A stretch of DNA of 64,000 nt from Leptolyngbyaceae cyanobacterium (GTDB taxonomy: Bacteria; Cyanobacteriota; Cyanobacteriia; Phormidesmidales; Phormidesmidaceae), in NCBI GenBank assembly GCA_965263355.1, contig CBDHHL010000032.1:2880001-2944000 (forward strand), in the 5' to 3' direction. The translations under genes and the position numbers were made by a program. How positions within the stretch are numbered: the stretch's first letter is position 1; every line of letters begins with the position of its first letter. The notes under the pieces are model-generated. The model was not told the origin of the DNA. It did not search any database and saw only the letters and a program-made list of their open reading frames with translations. Shown piece after piece: positions 32,065-41,934 of the stretch.

Positions 32065-32601
32065 TTACCGTTGGTGGGTCATGGCGATGACTGTAGCTAC
32101 CGTGAAGGCAGGGATATCACTTATCGTAGGTAGGGCATCTTCACTTGCATAGATCATTGGTAACTCTTGTGCTTGCCATACCCAAACCTGCTGACGCTGG
32201 ATATCGATCAGCCAGGCTAGCTGAGTACCATTGCCCAGACAATGCAGAATCTTGTTTTGTAAACCAAGGGTACTTTGGTCTGGAGAACGGATTTCAATTA
32301 GCCAATCCGGTGGGCCTTCAAGGGGGCCATCTTCATCCGAAAATCGGTCAATCGCTACGACTGCAATATCAGGAACGGGGGATAACGGTGGCACAATACA
32401 GCGTAGTTCCTGAGTCGCTTCGTAAGCCTCTGTACGAGCATTAATTGCATTCACCAAATTGCGCTGTAGGCGAGAGTGAAACAGCGTTGGCATAATTTTT
32501 TGCTGTGCTTGACCGTTAATAAACTCCCAGGCAGGAGATGCTTCGATATTGGGCTGTTTGAGAAACTCGGCTAAACGGTCGGTGATGGTGGAAGGCTGCA
32601 T
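32065..32601 (-). CDS. Uma2-family endonuclease
   Basis: EASPAWEFING, HSRLQ, ELRC, VPDIAV, IEIRSPDQS, AWLID. Confidence 0.92.
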   Translation of the reverse strand: MQPSTITDRLAEFLKQPNIEASPAWEFINGQAQQKIMPTLFHSRLQRNLVNAINARTEAYEATQELRCIVPPLSPVPDIAVVAIDRFSDEDGPLEGPPDWLIEIRSPDQSTLGLQNKILHCLGNGTQLAWLIDIQRQQVWVWQAQELPMIYASEDALPTISDIPAFTVATVIAMTHQR

Positions 32602-32666
32602 TGTGGTCTCCGGTTATCCACATAATGATGATGCCTGAAAAAATTGGCGGTGCCAATGGTTGTCTT

Positions 32667-32737
32667 TGGGGATGGTGGGTAAGGGAGGTGTGGGTGAGGT
32701 GTGATTGATATTGGTGGAGGGGTTACCCACCCTACGG
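32667..32737 (-). repeat. Sixth copy of the GTAG-REP-like unit
   Basis: TGGGGATGGTGGGTAAGGGAGGTGTGGGTGAGGTGTGATTGATATTGGTGGAGGGGTTACCCACCCTACGG on the + strand. Confidence 0.9.
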
Positions 32738-32744
32738 GGCATCC

Positions 32745-33395
32745 CTATTCTAATGAACCGAATCGTTCTTGGTATTTGGCTAATAATGCTTCTGCGTCAT
32801 CTGCTCGCTGCTTTTCCTGGGCTGTCTGCTGCTCCATGTCTACCATGGTCAAAAACTTACGACCATCGGGACGATAAATTTCTAAGCCATCATCTTTCAT
32901 GACAAACCGAATATTGAGCCGTGGACTGACCCATCCATCCATCTCATCAATGCAAACAAGCTTCCCCTGTCGTTCCCAGCCTGCTAGCTCTAGCTCATCC
33001 GGATCGTAGATGTAATACTCTTCTACGCCGTAACGCTCATAAAATTTGAACTTTCGCAGCATTTCAGCTGGACGATTACCAGGGGATAAAATCTCAAAGA
33101 CTATTTGAGGAGGAATATTATCTTCTTTCCATTGTTGGTAAGAGCCCCGATCTCCCTTAGGACGCCCAAATACAACCAATGTGTCAGGCGCTTGTCGCGT
33201 TTTGTTATCCCCTTCTACTGGATACCAGAAAAGATCGCCAGCCACAAACACATCTGCTTGTTCAGCAAACAGCAGCTCCAGATTTTCCTTGATGGTGACG
33301 ATCCAACGAAACTGTTTGGTATTGTCAGCCATAGGTTGGCCGTCGCTGTCTGGATAGCTGATGTCAGTTTTAAGATTGGGAAGTGTTGATGTCAC
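32745..33395 (-). CDS. Uma2-family endonuclease
   Basis: YPDSDGQPMADNTKQF, APD, FEILSPGN, YGVEEYYIYDP; start moved to GTG at 33395 behind GGAGG to avoid overlap with the upstream gene. Confidence 0.9.
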   Translation of the reverse strand: MTSTLPNLKTDISYPDSDGQPMADNTKQFRWIVTIKENLELLFAEQADVFVAGDLFWYPVEGDNKTRQAPDTLVVFGRPKGDRGSYQQWKEDNIPPQIVFEILSPGNRPAEMLRKFKFYERYGVEEYYIYDPDELELAGWERQGKLVCIDEMDGWVSPRLNIRFVMKDDGLEIYRPDGRKFLTMVDMEQQTAQEKQRADDAEALLAKYQERFGSLE

Positions 33396-33475
33396 TGGGC
33401 TCAATCCTCCAAAGAACTCGCTGCTGGTTGGTGGCAAGTAGTTCAAATATACCAAATTTGGAAAGAGGCTTCCTT

Positions 33476-34366
33476 TTATGCCAGAACGGTTTTCAGTACC
33501 CAATCCCTAATCAATGGATTCACCAGCTCGGGGCGATCATCATGGGGACAATGGCCCGCTTCTAAAAAGTGTTCCTCAATGTCGGTGTAATACTTCCTAA
33601 ATAGCTCACTGCGTTCCTCACAGTTCATCCAAGGATCTTTTGTACCCCACAGCAACAATAAAGGCCGCTCTAACTGGGATAACAACACATCTACCCGCTC
33701 ACCCCTTGGAGCCTTAAACAAGGCGGCAAAGGCAGCTGGTGCCTCTGGCTCAGTGGCTGGCCGATAGATATTCTCGATCAATTCATCAGTTACCGCATCC
33801 TGATTTACATAGACCTGTTTCAGGGTCTTGCGAATATAAGACTTCTTTTTTACAAATTGGAAAACAAACCAGCTGGGAATCGGACTGAGAATAATGTTTT
33901 TAATCAGTGTGCCAATTGTCTTCTTAAACGAGCTGGGTTCCTGTGTCGGCATTTGATCGGTAAATGAACCTACCCCATTGAGCAATACCGCACCTTTTAC
34001 CCACTGGGGCCGAGTGGCTGCTGTAAACAAACAGCTGTAGCCCCCGATGGAGTTGCCCGCAATCACTGCTGGACGACCGATCACCTGCTCGATAAAGTCG
34101 CTGAGCTGATCGCGCCATAGGTCAGAACTGTAACCACCAGACGGCTTTGATGACCGCCCAAAGCCAATCAGGTCGATGGCCCACACTTCAAAATCCTGCT
34201 GTAGCTCGGCGATATTTTTGGTCCAATGGTCGGTCGAGGCACCAAATCCATGCACTAGCAGCAACGGTGGCCGCTCGGTACGTGGCTCACCTGAGCGGAC
34301 GTAGTAAACGGTGAAGTTGCGCCAGGTCCAGGTTTTGCCGGTAGTGGGTGCAGCTGCGATGGTCAT
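33476..34366 (-). CDS. Alpha/beta-fold hydrolase (pheophytinase-like family)
   Basis: LLVHGFGAS..HW, DLIGFGRS, GNSIGG, WGTKDPW, AGHCPHDD; ATG at 34366 preferred. Confidence 0.88.
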   Translation of the reverse strand: MTIAAAPTTGKTWTWRNFTVYYVRSGEPRTERPPLLLVHGFGASTDHWTKNIAELQQDFEVWAIDLIGFGRSSKPSGGYSSDLWRDQLSDFIEQVIGRPAVIAGNSIGGYSCLFTAATRPQWVKGAVLLNGVGSFTDQMPTQEPSSFKKTIGTLIKNIILSPIPSWFVFQFVKKKSYIRKTLKQVYVNQDAVTDELIENIYRPATEPEAPAAFAALFKAPRGERVDVLLSQLERPLLLLWGTKDPWMNCEERSELFRKYYTDIEEHFLEAGHCPHDDRPELVNPLIRDWVLKTVLA

Positions 34367-34413
34367 AGGTCGATTGGGGTTGAGCAATTTAGTAGGATTC
34401 AAAAATTGATGCT

Positions 34414-34472
34414 GTAGGGGCGTTGCCGATCCCCTTGTAGAGGCATTGCATGCAACGCTTCTACAAGGGGAT
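34414..34472. repeat. GTAG-type REP palindrome with preceding half-site
   Basis: ATCCCCTTGTAGAGGCATTGCATGCAACGCTTCTACAAGGGGAT (34429-34472), preceded by GTAGGGGCGTTGC. Confidence 0.8.
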
Positions 34473-34573
34473 GTGTTAAGTAATATTTCGTTACTTGTTT
34501 AAGTCTATCGTGGGTTCTGCCTGCTTGTCGCAATCGACCGCTAGGCTGGAAAAAATGCTGTTTTGCCTCTGTT

Positions 34574-36019
34574 ATGGCTTTTTCTCGATCTTCCCGTCGT
34601 CGTACGTTTCAGTTGTGGTTTGAGCGGTTGATGGTTGCGATCGCAATTATCAACCTCCTGCTTGTCGCCGTTGACATCAGTTATATTCGCTTCCGTGATC
34701 TATACCTAAAAACCGTGCCAGAGCTGACCACCTGGTACGGCGTAACCTTTAAGGGGATTCAACCGCAGCGCGATACCCAGGCTTACTTAGACCGAGTTGA
34801 GGCGCTCAAAAAGACCCTAGAAACCGAGGGGCCTGAGTCAAACAAAGCCAAGCGAGAAATAGCCTACCTGCGTCGGAGTAGTATCGACCTGATTGATGAA
34901 AATCCCTTTGAGGTGGCCAATAAGTCGGGCACATTGGAACGGATTAAGCAGTTAGTGCGCGATCGCACCGAAATCAACGGTTCCTCCAAGGACGCATTTG
35001 AAACCTTTTGGAGTCCAGAATATTTAGAAAAGGGCTGGGTGGACGAAATCGCCTTTTTTGATGATAAAGTCGTTCCCTTGATGGAAACTAACTATTGGCG
35101 GAGCATTGGTTTCAACGGTTTACCCACCGATCGCTTTTGGATCATTGATATTCCCTTTATTGCCCTCTTTGCCATTGAATTTCTAGCCCGGACGTTCTAC
35201 CTGAGCCGTCGCCATACCAATACCACCTGGTTCGATGCCATGCTGTGGCGAATATATGATTTACCCCTATTTTTTCCCTTTTGGCGTTGGTTGCGAGTAG
35301 TGCCCGTGGTGATTCGGTCCAATCAGGCTCAGTTATCACAACTCGACAACATCCAGAGTCGCTTGAATCGCATTTTAATTAGTCAGTTTGCAGTGGAATT
35401 GACGGAAGTCGTTTTTCTACGCATGATCGATCAAATTCAAAACCTGGTTCAGGCTGGTCAGATTAGCCGTTGGTTCTTTGAAATCACAGCGGGAAAAGAA
35501 AACTACATTGATCTAAATGACGTCGATGAAGTCCAAGTCATTTCTCAACGCCTCACCGATATTGTGGTGAATAAGGTACTGCCTGAAATCAAGCCCGAAG
35601 TGGATGCTATTCTTGGCCATGCCGTTACGGGAGCCATCTCCCAGGCTCCTGCCTATCAGGGCCTGACTATCTTCCCAGGCTTTACCAGCATTTCTGAGCA
35701 AATTACCCAGCAAATTTCAGCAGAGGTCACCAAGAACCTTTATAGCAGTTTGAAACAGGCCTTAGCTGATGATAAAGGGGCTGAACTCATGGGCAAATTG
35801 GTGGAAAGCTTTGGTCAACATTTACGGGATGAGCTGCGGCAGGGAAATACCCTGACTGAGTTGCAAGAGTTGATCAATGCCTTCCTAGAAGAAATGAAGG
35901 TCAATTACGTAGAACGTCTTGCGGTTGATGACTTAGAAACTCGTCAAGCCAATACCTATCGTCTCTATGGAACGACCCAAAAATCACGGCCTGCCCCGGC
36001 CAAAATAGTAGGACGATAG
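34574..36019 (+). CDS. Conserved cyanobacterial membrane protein, function unknown
   Basis: 481-aa ORF with two hydrophobic regions, ENPFEVANKSGTLERIK and WRWLRVVPV segments. Confidence 0.75.
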   Translation: MAFSRSSRRRTFQLWFERLMVAIAIINLLLVAVDISYIRFRDLYLKTVPELTTWYGVTFKGIQPQRDTQAYLDRVEALKKTLETEGPESNKAKREIAYLRRSSIDLIDENPFEVANKSGTLERIKQLVRDRTEINGSSKDAFETFWSPEYLEKGWVDEIAFFDDKVVPLMETNYWRSIGFNGLPTDRFWIIDIPFIALFAIEFLARTFYLSRRHTNTTWFDAMLWRIYDLPLFFPFWRWLRVVPVVIRSNQAQLSQLDNIQSRLNRILISQFAVELTEVVFLRMIDQIQNLVQAGQISRWFFEITAGKENYIDLNDVDEVQVISQRLTDIVVNKVLPEIKPEVDAILGHAVTGAISQAPAYQGLTIFPGFTSISEQITQQISAEVTKNLYSSLKQALADDKGAELMGKLVESFGQHLRDELRQGNTLTELQELINAFLEEMKVNYVERLAVDDLETRQANTYRLYGTTQKSRPAPAKIVGR

Positions 36020-36215
36020 TCAGGATTATCGCTAGTTCAAAAGAACTATATAGTAAGGGAATAATCCTAGGAAAGTGAATTTAGTAGGAAGCGCTTAGAC
36101 ATCAAGGATCGGCTGTGAGCCAAATAATTGATTGATTCAAGACTAACTAAACTTGCTATTTCCAGTATTTGTCTTAACCTAGGACTAATTTCTTTTCTGT
36201 ACCCAACCTACTTAC

Positions 36216-39200
36216 TTGACCAAACCCACTGCTACCTCCATGGCTACGCAACGATCTGCTGCTAAGTTTCCCCAACAGCGGTGGCAGATTTTTCCGCCCC
36301 AGGTGCAGCAGGCGCAGCGGATGGCGACAGTGACGCAGCTATCACCTTTACTGGCTCAAGTCTTGATTAATCGGGGGGTACAAACACCAGAGCAGGCGTG
36401 GCTATATCTAGATCCCGAGACGCAACAACTGCCGTCGCCACTAGATGAATTTCCAGATTTACTCCGCAGTGTAGATTTATTGGCAACGGCCATTGAGCAA
36501 GGGCATAAAATTGCTATTTGTGGTGATTACGATGCGGATGGCATGACCAGCACGGCCTTGTTGCTGAGGGCACTGTGGCATTTAGGGGCAGAGGCCCACT
36601 ATGCAATTCCCAGCCGCATGCAAGAAGGCTATGGTATCAACAGTCGCATTGTGGATGATTTTCATGCAGAAGGGGTGAGACTAATTCTCACGGTCGACAA
36701 TGGCATTGCCGCCTATGAGCCCATTGCCCATGCCGTAGAGCTAGGTCTTACGGTGATTATTACCGATCACCACGATTTGCCAGAACAGCTGCCACCGGCC
36801 CAGGCGATTTTAAACCCTAAACTGTTGCCGATGGGGTCTCCTTACTATGGGGTGGCTGGTGTAGGCGTGGCTTATATTCTTGCGGTGTGCCTTGCCCAGG
36901 CGCTAAATCGTACCCAAGATCTGACGGCGTCATCGTTAGAGTTATTTACCTTAGGCACCATTGCTGATCTGGCTCCTTTGGTGGGGGTAAATCGTCGCTG
37001 GGTGCGGCGGGGGCTCCAGCTATTACCTAGGTCTCGCATTCCTGGCATTCAAGCACTGATTGAGGTAGCGGGCTTAGACCAAGGAAAAAAAGCCTTAAAA
37101 CCCGAAGCAATTGGCTTTCGCTTAGGGCCACGTATTAATGCGGTGGGCCGTATTGCTGATCCGCAGATTGTGATTGATATGCTTACCACTGACGATGTGG
37201 GGGTGGCATTGCAGCGAGCCATGCAGTGTGAAGAGACCAATACGCTGCGCCAGCGCATGTGTGAGCTGATTGAAACTCAGGCGGTAACCTGGTGTGAGGA
37301 GCAACAGGCCCAGGGTAAGCTCAATTTGCAACAAGAACGGGTACTGGTTGTTGTGCAGCCGGATTGGCATCATGGTGTGATCGGGATTGTTGCCTCCCGT
37401 CTGGTGGAACGTTATGGGGTTCCTGTTTTTATTGGCACCTACGAAGATAAAGCGCAAAAAGAGATTCGTGGCTCTGCCCGAGGTATTCCTGAATTTAATG
37501 TGTTTGAGGCCCTGCAAGCCTGTGAGGATCTGTTGGATAAGTACGGTGGCCACCGAGCGGCAGGGGGATTCACCTTTGCTGCGAAAAAACTGCGTCAGGT
37601 AAAATCGCGGCTGAGTCATTTTGCCTGTCAACATCTGCAGCCAGACTATTTAAAGCCTTTGGTGGCAGTGGATGTAAAGGCTAATTTGGCAGACATCACG
37701 TTAGATCTTTACGAACAAATTGATTATCTCCATCCCTGTGGTATTCAAAATAATGAGCCAGTGTTTTGGACACCTATGGTCAATGTGGTGGAACAACAAA
37801 TCATCGGTAAGGATCGCAAACATCTAAAACTTACGTTGGCCCAGACCCATCCAGATACTGAGCATGTAACTTCTATAAAGGCGCTTGCCTGGCGTTGGGC
37901 TGAGTATCATCCGTTGCCCCATCAGGTGGATATTGCTTACAAAGTTCGTCTCAATGAGTGGCAGGGACGGCAATCGGTTGAATTAGAACTTTTAGGTGTA
38001 AAGCTAGCGCAGCCTGATCTTTTATCTAGCTCAATTCCGCCTTGGTCTGAGGAGTCGAGTCCGTTGGTAGAGCCTGAGAGTCTTTTGCCTGAAACAAGTC
38101 CCCAAGCTAACGCTGTCAATGTACCAAGTGTGGATGCGCCAACATTGGCAGAAAAATTGGCGGTGACACCTAGGCGGTCGGCTGTGTCCTCAGGGCTACC
38201 GCAGGGCAATCATGGCCAGACTCCTAAGGTGCAAGAGTCGTCTCTGACAACGGCAGTTGACTCTCTGCCTAATTCTCCATTAGATAATGGGTCGTCGCTG
38301 CCAGCAGGCGCGACCCATGCTGAATTTTTCTATGGTAAGCGTCGCTATGTGAGTACTATTCAACAGGATAATGCTCAGGAGCTTCAGATTCGTAATGATG
38401 AAGGACATGTATTAGTGGTGCAATTGGTCCAGCGTCGTGGTGTCTTGTATGTATCTGGCGAGAGCCCCGAAGTAGTGGACCTGTCGGATATTTACTATTT
38501 TAATCTGTTGCGAGCTGGTCTAAATACGCTAGAACTCAAGCAAAAAACGAGCTTGTTGATTTACAAGGATGAGCTGCTGGCTGAAAAGGATGAACTTTTA
38601 AAGGAGAAGGATAGCCAAATTGCTACCCTGAACCAACAAATTCAGATTCTAGAAGAGAAAATCACGCAGTTATCGGATGAAAAACAGACGGCGTTTCAGG
38701 ACCTGCAAACTGCGTTGCAACAGCAGCAGGCTGCGATCGCAGACCAAGAAGCCCACATTGTGCAGTTACAGACTGATCAACCTCGACGCACGACTGTACC
38801 ACCGCCAGATCCAAACGTAATTAAGCAAGACGTTCGTAAGGCCTTGGGCGATAGCGTTTGGTTTTGTATTCAGCCAGATTCCCAAAAAGATTTTTGTGCG
38901 GCGTATCGTCACCATCACATGCTCCAATCTGATGGGGCTGACCCTGACATAGCAGATTACTCTGAAGCCGGTATTCGACTGAGTTTTGCGGTAGAGCGTG
39001 AAGTGATGCAACCGTTTTTTACGGATTTGTATGATTTTGTGCGTTTAGAAGGACGGTCAAAAATTGGCAGCATTGAGCTAGGCCAAAACCGGAAATATAG
39101 TCTGGGGCTGCTGCCGCCATTGCTCGCAGAACAATGGCGCACCTTTAAACCAGATGCCTTAACTCAGCAGCAGAAACTGCCGGACAAGCAACTCTACCGT

Positions 39201-39464
39201 ACGCTGACAAATCCCAATAGTCTGAGCGACCGCGACAGTGACCTATTGATGGAGTTTTTTGAACAGTGGGAGCATCCCATGGCAAGTTGTTTTGGCCAAA
39301 AGGGTAAGCAGGCAGCAGCCAGTTTAGATCAGATTAGTCGATTGCAAACGATTGCTTCCCATGGTGAACGTTTTCTGTACGAGTGGCACTACAAACTACT
39401 ACGACAGCTGATTGTGGGTGGCTCAAATCGACGCGGTTTATTTAGGCAGATTTACGGAGGATAA
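36216..39464 (+). CDS. recJ: Single-stranded DNA exonuclease RecJ with a long C-terminal extension
   Basis: GDYDADG, TVDNG, TDHH, GTIAD, PRINAVGR, WHHGVIGIVA, GSARG, GGHRAAGG; ~480 extra C-terminal residues. Confidence 0.95.
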   Translation: MTKPTATSMATQRSAAKFPQQRWQIFPPQVQQAQRMATVTQLSPLLAQVLINRGVQTPEQAWLYLDPETQQLPSPLDEFPDLLRSVDLLATAIEQGHKIAICGDYDADGMTSTALLLRALWHLGAEAHYAIPSRMQEGYGINSRIVDDFHAEGVRLILTVDNGIAAYEPIAHAVELGLTVIITDHHDLPEQLPPAQAILNPKLLPMGSPYYGVAGVGVAYILAVCLAQALNRTQDLTASSLELFTLGTIADLAPLVGVNRRWVRRGLQLLPRSRIPGIQALIEVAGLDQGKKALKPEAIGFRLGPRINAVGRIADPQIVIDMLTTDDVGVALQRAMQCEETNTLRQRMCELIETQAVTWCEEQQAQGKLNLQQERVLVVVQPDWHHGVIGIVASRLVERYGVPVFIGTYEDKAQKEIRGSARGIPEFNVFEALQACEDLLDKYGGHRAAGGFTFAAKKLRQVKSRLSHFACQHLQPDYLKPLVAVDVKANLADITLDLYEQIDYLHPCGIQNNEPVFWTPMVNVVEQQIIGKDRKHLKLTLAQTHPDTEHVTSIKALAWRWAEYHPLPHQVDIAYKVRLNEWQGRQSVELELLGVKLAQPDLLSSSIPPWSEESSPLVEPESLLPETSPQANAVNVPSVDAPTLAEKLAVTPRRSAVSSGLPQGNHGQTPKVQESSLTTAVDSLPNSPLDNGSSLPAGATHAEFFYGKRRYVSTIQQDNAQELQIRNDEGHVLVVQLVQRRGVLYVSGESPEVVDLSDIYYFNLLRAGLNTLELKQKTSLLIYKDELLAEKDELLKEKDSQIATLNQQIQILEEKITQLSDEKQTAFQDLQTALQQQQAAIADQEAHIVQLQTDQPRRTTVPPPDPNVIKQDVRKALGDSVWFCIQPDSQKDFCAAYRHHHMLQSDGADPDIADYSEAGIRLSFAVEREVMQPFFTDLYDFVRLEGRSKIGSIELGQNRKYSLGLLPPLLAEQWRTFKPDALTQQQKLPDKQLYRTLTNPNSLSDRDSDLLMEFFEQWEHPMASCFGQKGKQAAASLDQISRLQTIASHGERFLYEWHYKLLRQLIVGGSNRRGLFRQIYGG

Positions 39465-39495
39465 CCTGCGATTGATAGATATCTCTGTTAAGACC

Positions 39496-39779
39496 TGTGG
39501 ATAACTTAAAAAGGGCAAATAGCCGGAAATAGACATATTTTTATTGAAATTTAAAGATGGCTAAAATGTTTCCATGCCAATATCTTGAGTGCTTTCAGCT
39601 ATTTCAATACTTTAGGTTTGCTACAGTGAAGCGCTGCGAATCATTAGGGACTTGGTGGCATCTCCTAACTTTTCCACATGTTTTCCACAGAGTTTTCCAC
39701 AGCCTCGAAATGTTTTCCACAGGTCTTTTAACATACTCCCCAGTCCGTAATTTAGTAAAGGCAGACTATATCTGGATAA
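39496..39779. other. DnaA-box cluster, candidate oriC or DnaA-titration locus
   Basis: TGTGGATAA 39496; TTTTCCACA at 39670, 39681, 39693, 39713; TCTGGATAA 39771; all in a ~670-bp intergenic region with AT-rich stretches. Confidence 0.65.
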
Positions 39780-40136
39780 CCAACCATAATTAGTTAATAA
39801 GGGTTCGGTTATTTAGTTTTAGCGGACGTACTGGGAAAACCTTGGGGAATCCATACTTTACGAAGCCAACCGGTAATATTCCGGCAACTTTAGTTAACTA
39901 AATATTTAGTTGTGTTGGTAAGTGGTATCAAAGTGGGGACCCTGAACCTGCGTGTCAATATACACATATTGATGTATTGGTACGCACATGTGTTATGTAG
40001 TCTCCATATCAATGTATAGCTGAATCTTGAAGGCTGTGATTGTCATCAATCCTAATTACTTTTCCGGCGTATATCCTTAAGTTTTGTATAACTAAGTGAT
40101 GCTATCCCAGTGCGCTTCTGCCGTATAAATACATAG

Positions 40137-41291
40137 ATGATAATGAGTGGTCAAGTTATTGATACTGATGTCAGCTACCTATCTCATGAGCAAGATACTT
40201 GTTATAGGCATGAGCTCAAGATTTGCGATCGCGTCATTCAACGCTACCCGTATCATTATCCGGCCTGGAATTATCGCAGCTATTTATTAGCCAGTATCGG
40301 TCAATATAAAGACGCCGCCGCAAGCTATCGGCACACATTGTCTTTGAAGTCCACAGAACATCGCGTATGGTGTAATTACGGTGCTGTTCTTGAAAAACTG
40401 GATGCATTAGACGAAGCGGCTAAATGCTACGGCCATGCGCTGAAGCAATCTCCATCTTATTTCAAAGCCCAGTATCGTAAAAGTAAAAATCTGCATCGAA
40501 GGGCCTTATATGGCGAAGCAGTTGTGAGTTATGAGCAAGCAATTCAGTTGAGACCTGATTTTTATAAAGTTTGGTATTATCGCGGCAAGGCCCTGCTCCA
40601 ACTTGATCGGACCGATCAGGCCATTGCCAGTTTTAATAAAGCATCCGAACTCTACGATGGTGATAGCAAACTCTGGTTAATTTTGGGGCGTACCCTATTG
40701 CAAGTACAAAATTACCCAGATGCCTTGAGGGCTCTAAATCATGCCATTCGCCTTGAATCAGATAATGCCATTGCCTGGAGCTATCATGCGGCAGTCCTTA
40801 AGGCTCAAGGGTCTTTAGAAGATGCGCTGGTTAGCATGGAAAGATCTGTAACCCTAGAGCCGGGTGAATCGCGATTCTGGCATTTGCGAGGGTTAGTGCT
40901 GCTAGAGCTGGATCAGCTTGCTGCTGCTGAAGAAAGTTTTACGACATCCTTGAAGTTACAGGCTTATAACCATCAAGGCTGGTTGGCAATGGGATGGGCA
41001 TTGCAAAAGATGGGCAACTTTAGCCGAGCGATTGAAGCCTACGATAAGTCGCTTGCTATTGAGCCTGATCAACCATTTGCGTTTTATAACCAGGCACGTT
41101 GTCATGCTCGTTTAGGTGAAGATACCTGGGCCATTGAGCATTTACGTCGAGCCATGTCACTGGATCCTAAAATTTATTCGGAACGAGCCTACGCGGATCC
41201 ATTGCTACAAAATATTTTGCAAGATATGGAAGACAATGACAGCGGCGAAGACTTAAAAGAAATAGAGATGTTCGCCATTGATTCCCATTAA
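40137..41291 (+). CDS. Tetratricopeptide-repeat protein
   Basis: About nine 34-aa W..G..L...A...Y..A repeats and a terminal FYNQARCHA helix. Confidence 0.9.
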   Translation: MIMSGQVIDTDVSYLSHEQDTCYRHELKICDRVIQRYPYHYPAWNYRSYLLASIGQYKDAAASYRHTLSLKSTEHRVWCNYGAVLEKLDALDEAAKCYGHALKQSPSYFKAQYRKSKNLHRRALYGEAVVSYEQAIQLRPDFYKVWYYRGKALLQLDRTDQAIASFNKASELYDGDSKLWLILGRTLLQVQNYPDALRALNHAIRLESDNAIAWSYHAAVLKAQGSLEDALVSMERSVTLEPGESRFWHLRGLVLLELDQLAAAEESFTTSLKLQAYNHQGWLAMGWALQKMGNFSRAIEAYDKSLAIEPDQPFAFYNQARCHARLGEDTWAIEHLRRAMSLDPKIYSERAYADPLLQNILQDMEDNDSGEDLKEIEMFAIDSH

Positions 41292-41296
41292 CATAG

Positions 41297-41320
41297 GGAG
41301 ACCCTCTATGGAAGGTCTCC
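41297..41320. terminator. Hairpin between the TPR gene and the convergent tRNA
   Basis: GGAGACC-N10-GGTCTCC. Confidence 0.5.
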
Positions 41321-41332
41321 ACATATTTGTAA

Positions 41333-41405
41333 TGGAGCTAAGCGGACTCGAACCGCTGACTCCCTGCATGCCATGCAGGTGCTCTACCAGCTGAGCTATA
41401 GCCCC
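41333..41405 (-). tRNA. tRNA-Ala (GGC)
   Basis: Minus strand GGGGCTATAGCTCAGCTGGTAGAGCACCTGCATGGCATGCAGGGAGTCAGCGGTTCGAGTCCGCTTAGCTCCA; cloverleaf with G3:U70, TTCGA T-loop, GGC anticodon. Confidence 0.97.
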
Positions 41406-41635
41406 TCGGACTTATTACACAATAATCTCTTGCTAGGAGCCTAGCGTCAAGGGATAACAGCACTCTTTTTCGAGTTCTAAAGTAATCTGGGGCAAGCCCT
41501 CACTGATCGTTGCTCAGTTGTAAAACTTGTAGCTGTCTGATAAACCGGGTGGATTTTGGCTTCGCTCAGTCAACTTAATGGCCAAGCCTGCGTTACTGAC
41601 TAATCGAAATCCTGGGTAGTAGCCGTCGATATCCC

Positions 41636-41662
41636 AGGGCATCCACAAGGGAGTGTCCCTAC
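41636..41662 (-). repeat. GTAG-type REP-like hairpin
   Basis: Minus strand GTAGGGACACTCCCTTGTGGATGCCCT; similar to 47612-47637. Confidence 0.5.
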
Positions 41663-41733
41663 AGAGTTGCCCATTTTAATCGGGTTTAATGAATTCGGAT
41701 TTGGTATAAGTTTGGTTTGGCGGTTCGGTTGCT

Positions 41734-41934
41734 CTAAACGTTGCCTTCTGTTTGCTGGCAACGCTCTAATTCAAGACTTATGGCTTGTAGTCGCTCCCTG
41801 TAGTGATCAACAGCACATCTAAATGATGCCAAGATCACCAAAATTGCATCGGAATTGATGGGGCGTACATCGTTTCTATAGATAGAACGAACAAGCTCGT
41901 TCTTCCCCACCATTCTTTCGGAGTCTTGAACCAT
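41734..41934 (-). CDS. Small hypothetical protein
   Basis: 66-aa ATG-started ORF with helical, protein-like composition in otherwise empty space. Confidence 0.35.
   Translation of the reverse strand: MVQDSERMVGKNELVRSIYRNDVRPINSDAILVILASFRCAVDHYRERLQAISLELERCQQTEGNV

Noticed and set aside
32614..32622. Isolated DnaA boxes (TTATCCACA 32614; TTTTCCACA near 48948)
   Set aside because: Single 9-mers are expected by chance; no clustering.
33396..33503. N-terminal extension of the Uma2 ORF 32745..33503
   Set aside because: Overlaps the upstream hydrolase; GTG 33395 has a GGAGG SD and fits the family length.
39557..39793. 78-aa ORF rich in F/H/S (FPHVFHRVFHS)
   Set aside because: Composition is a by-product of the TTTTCCACA boxes; probably non-coding.
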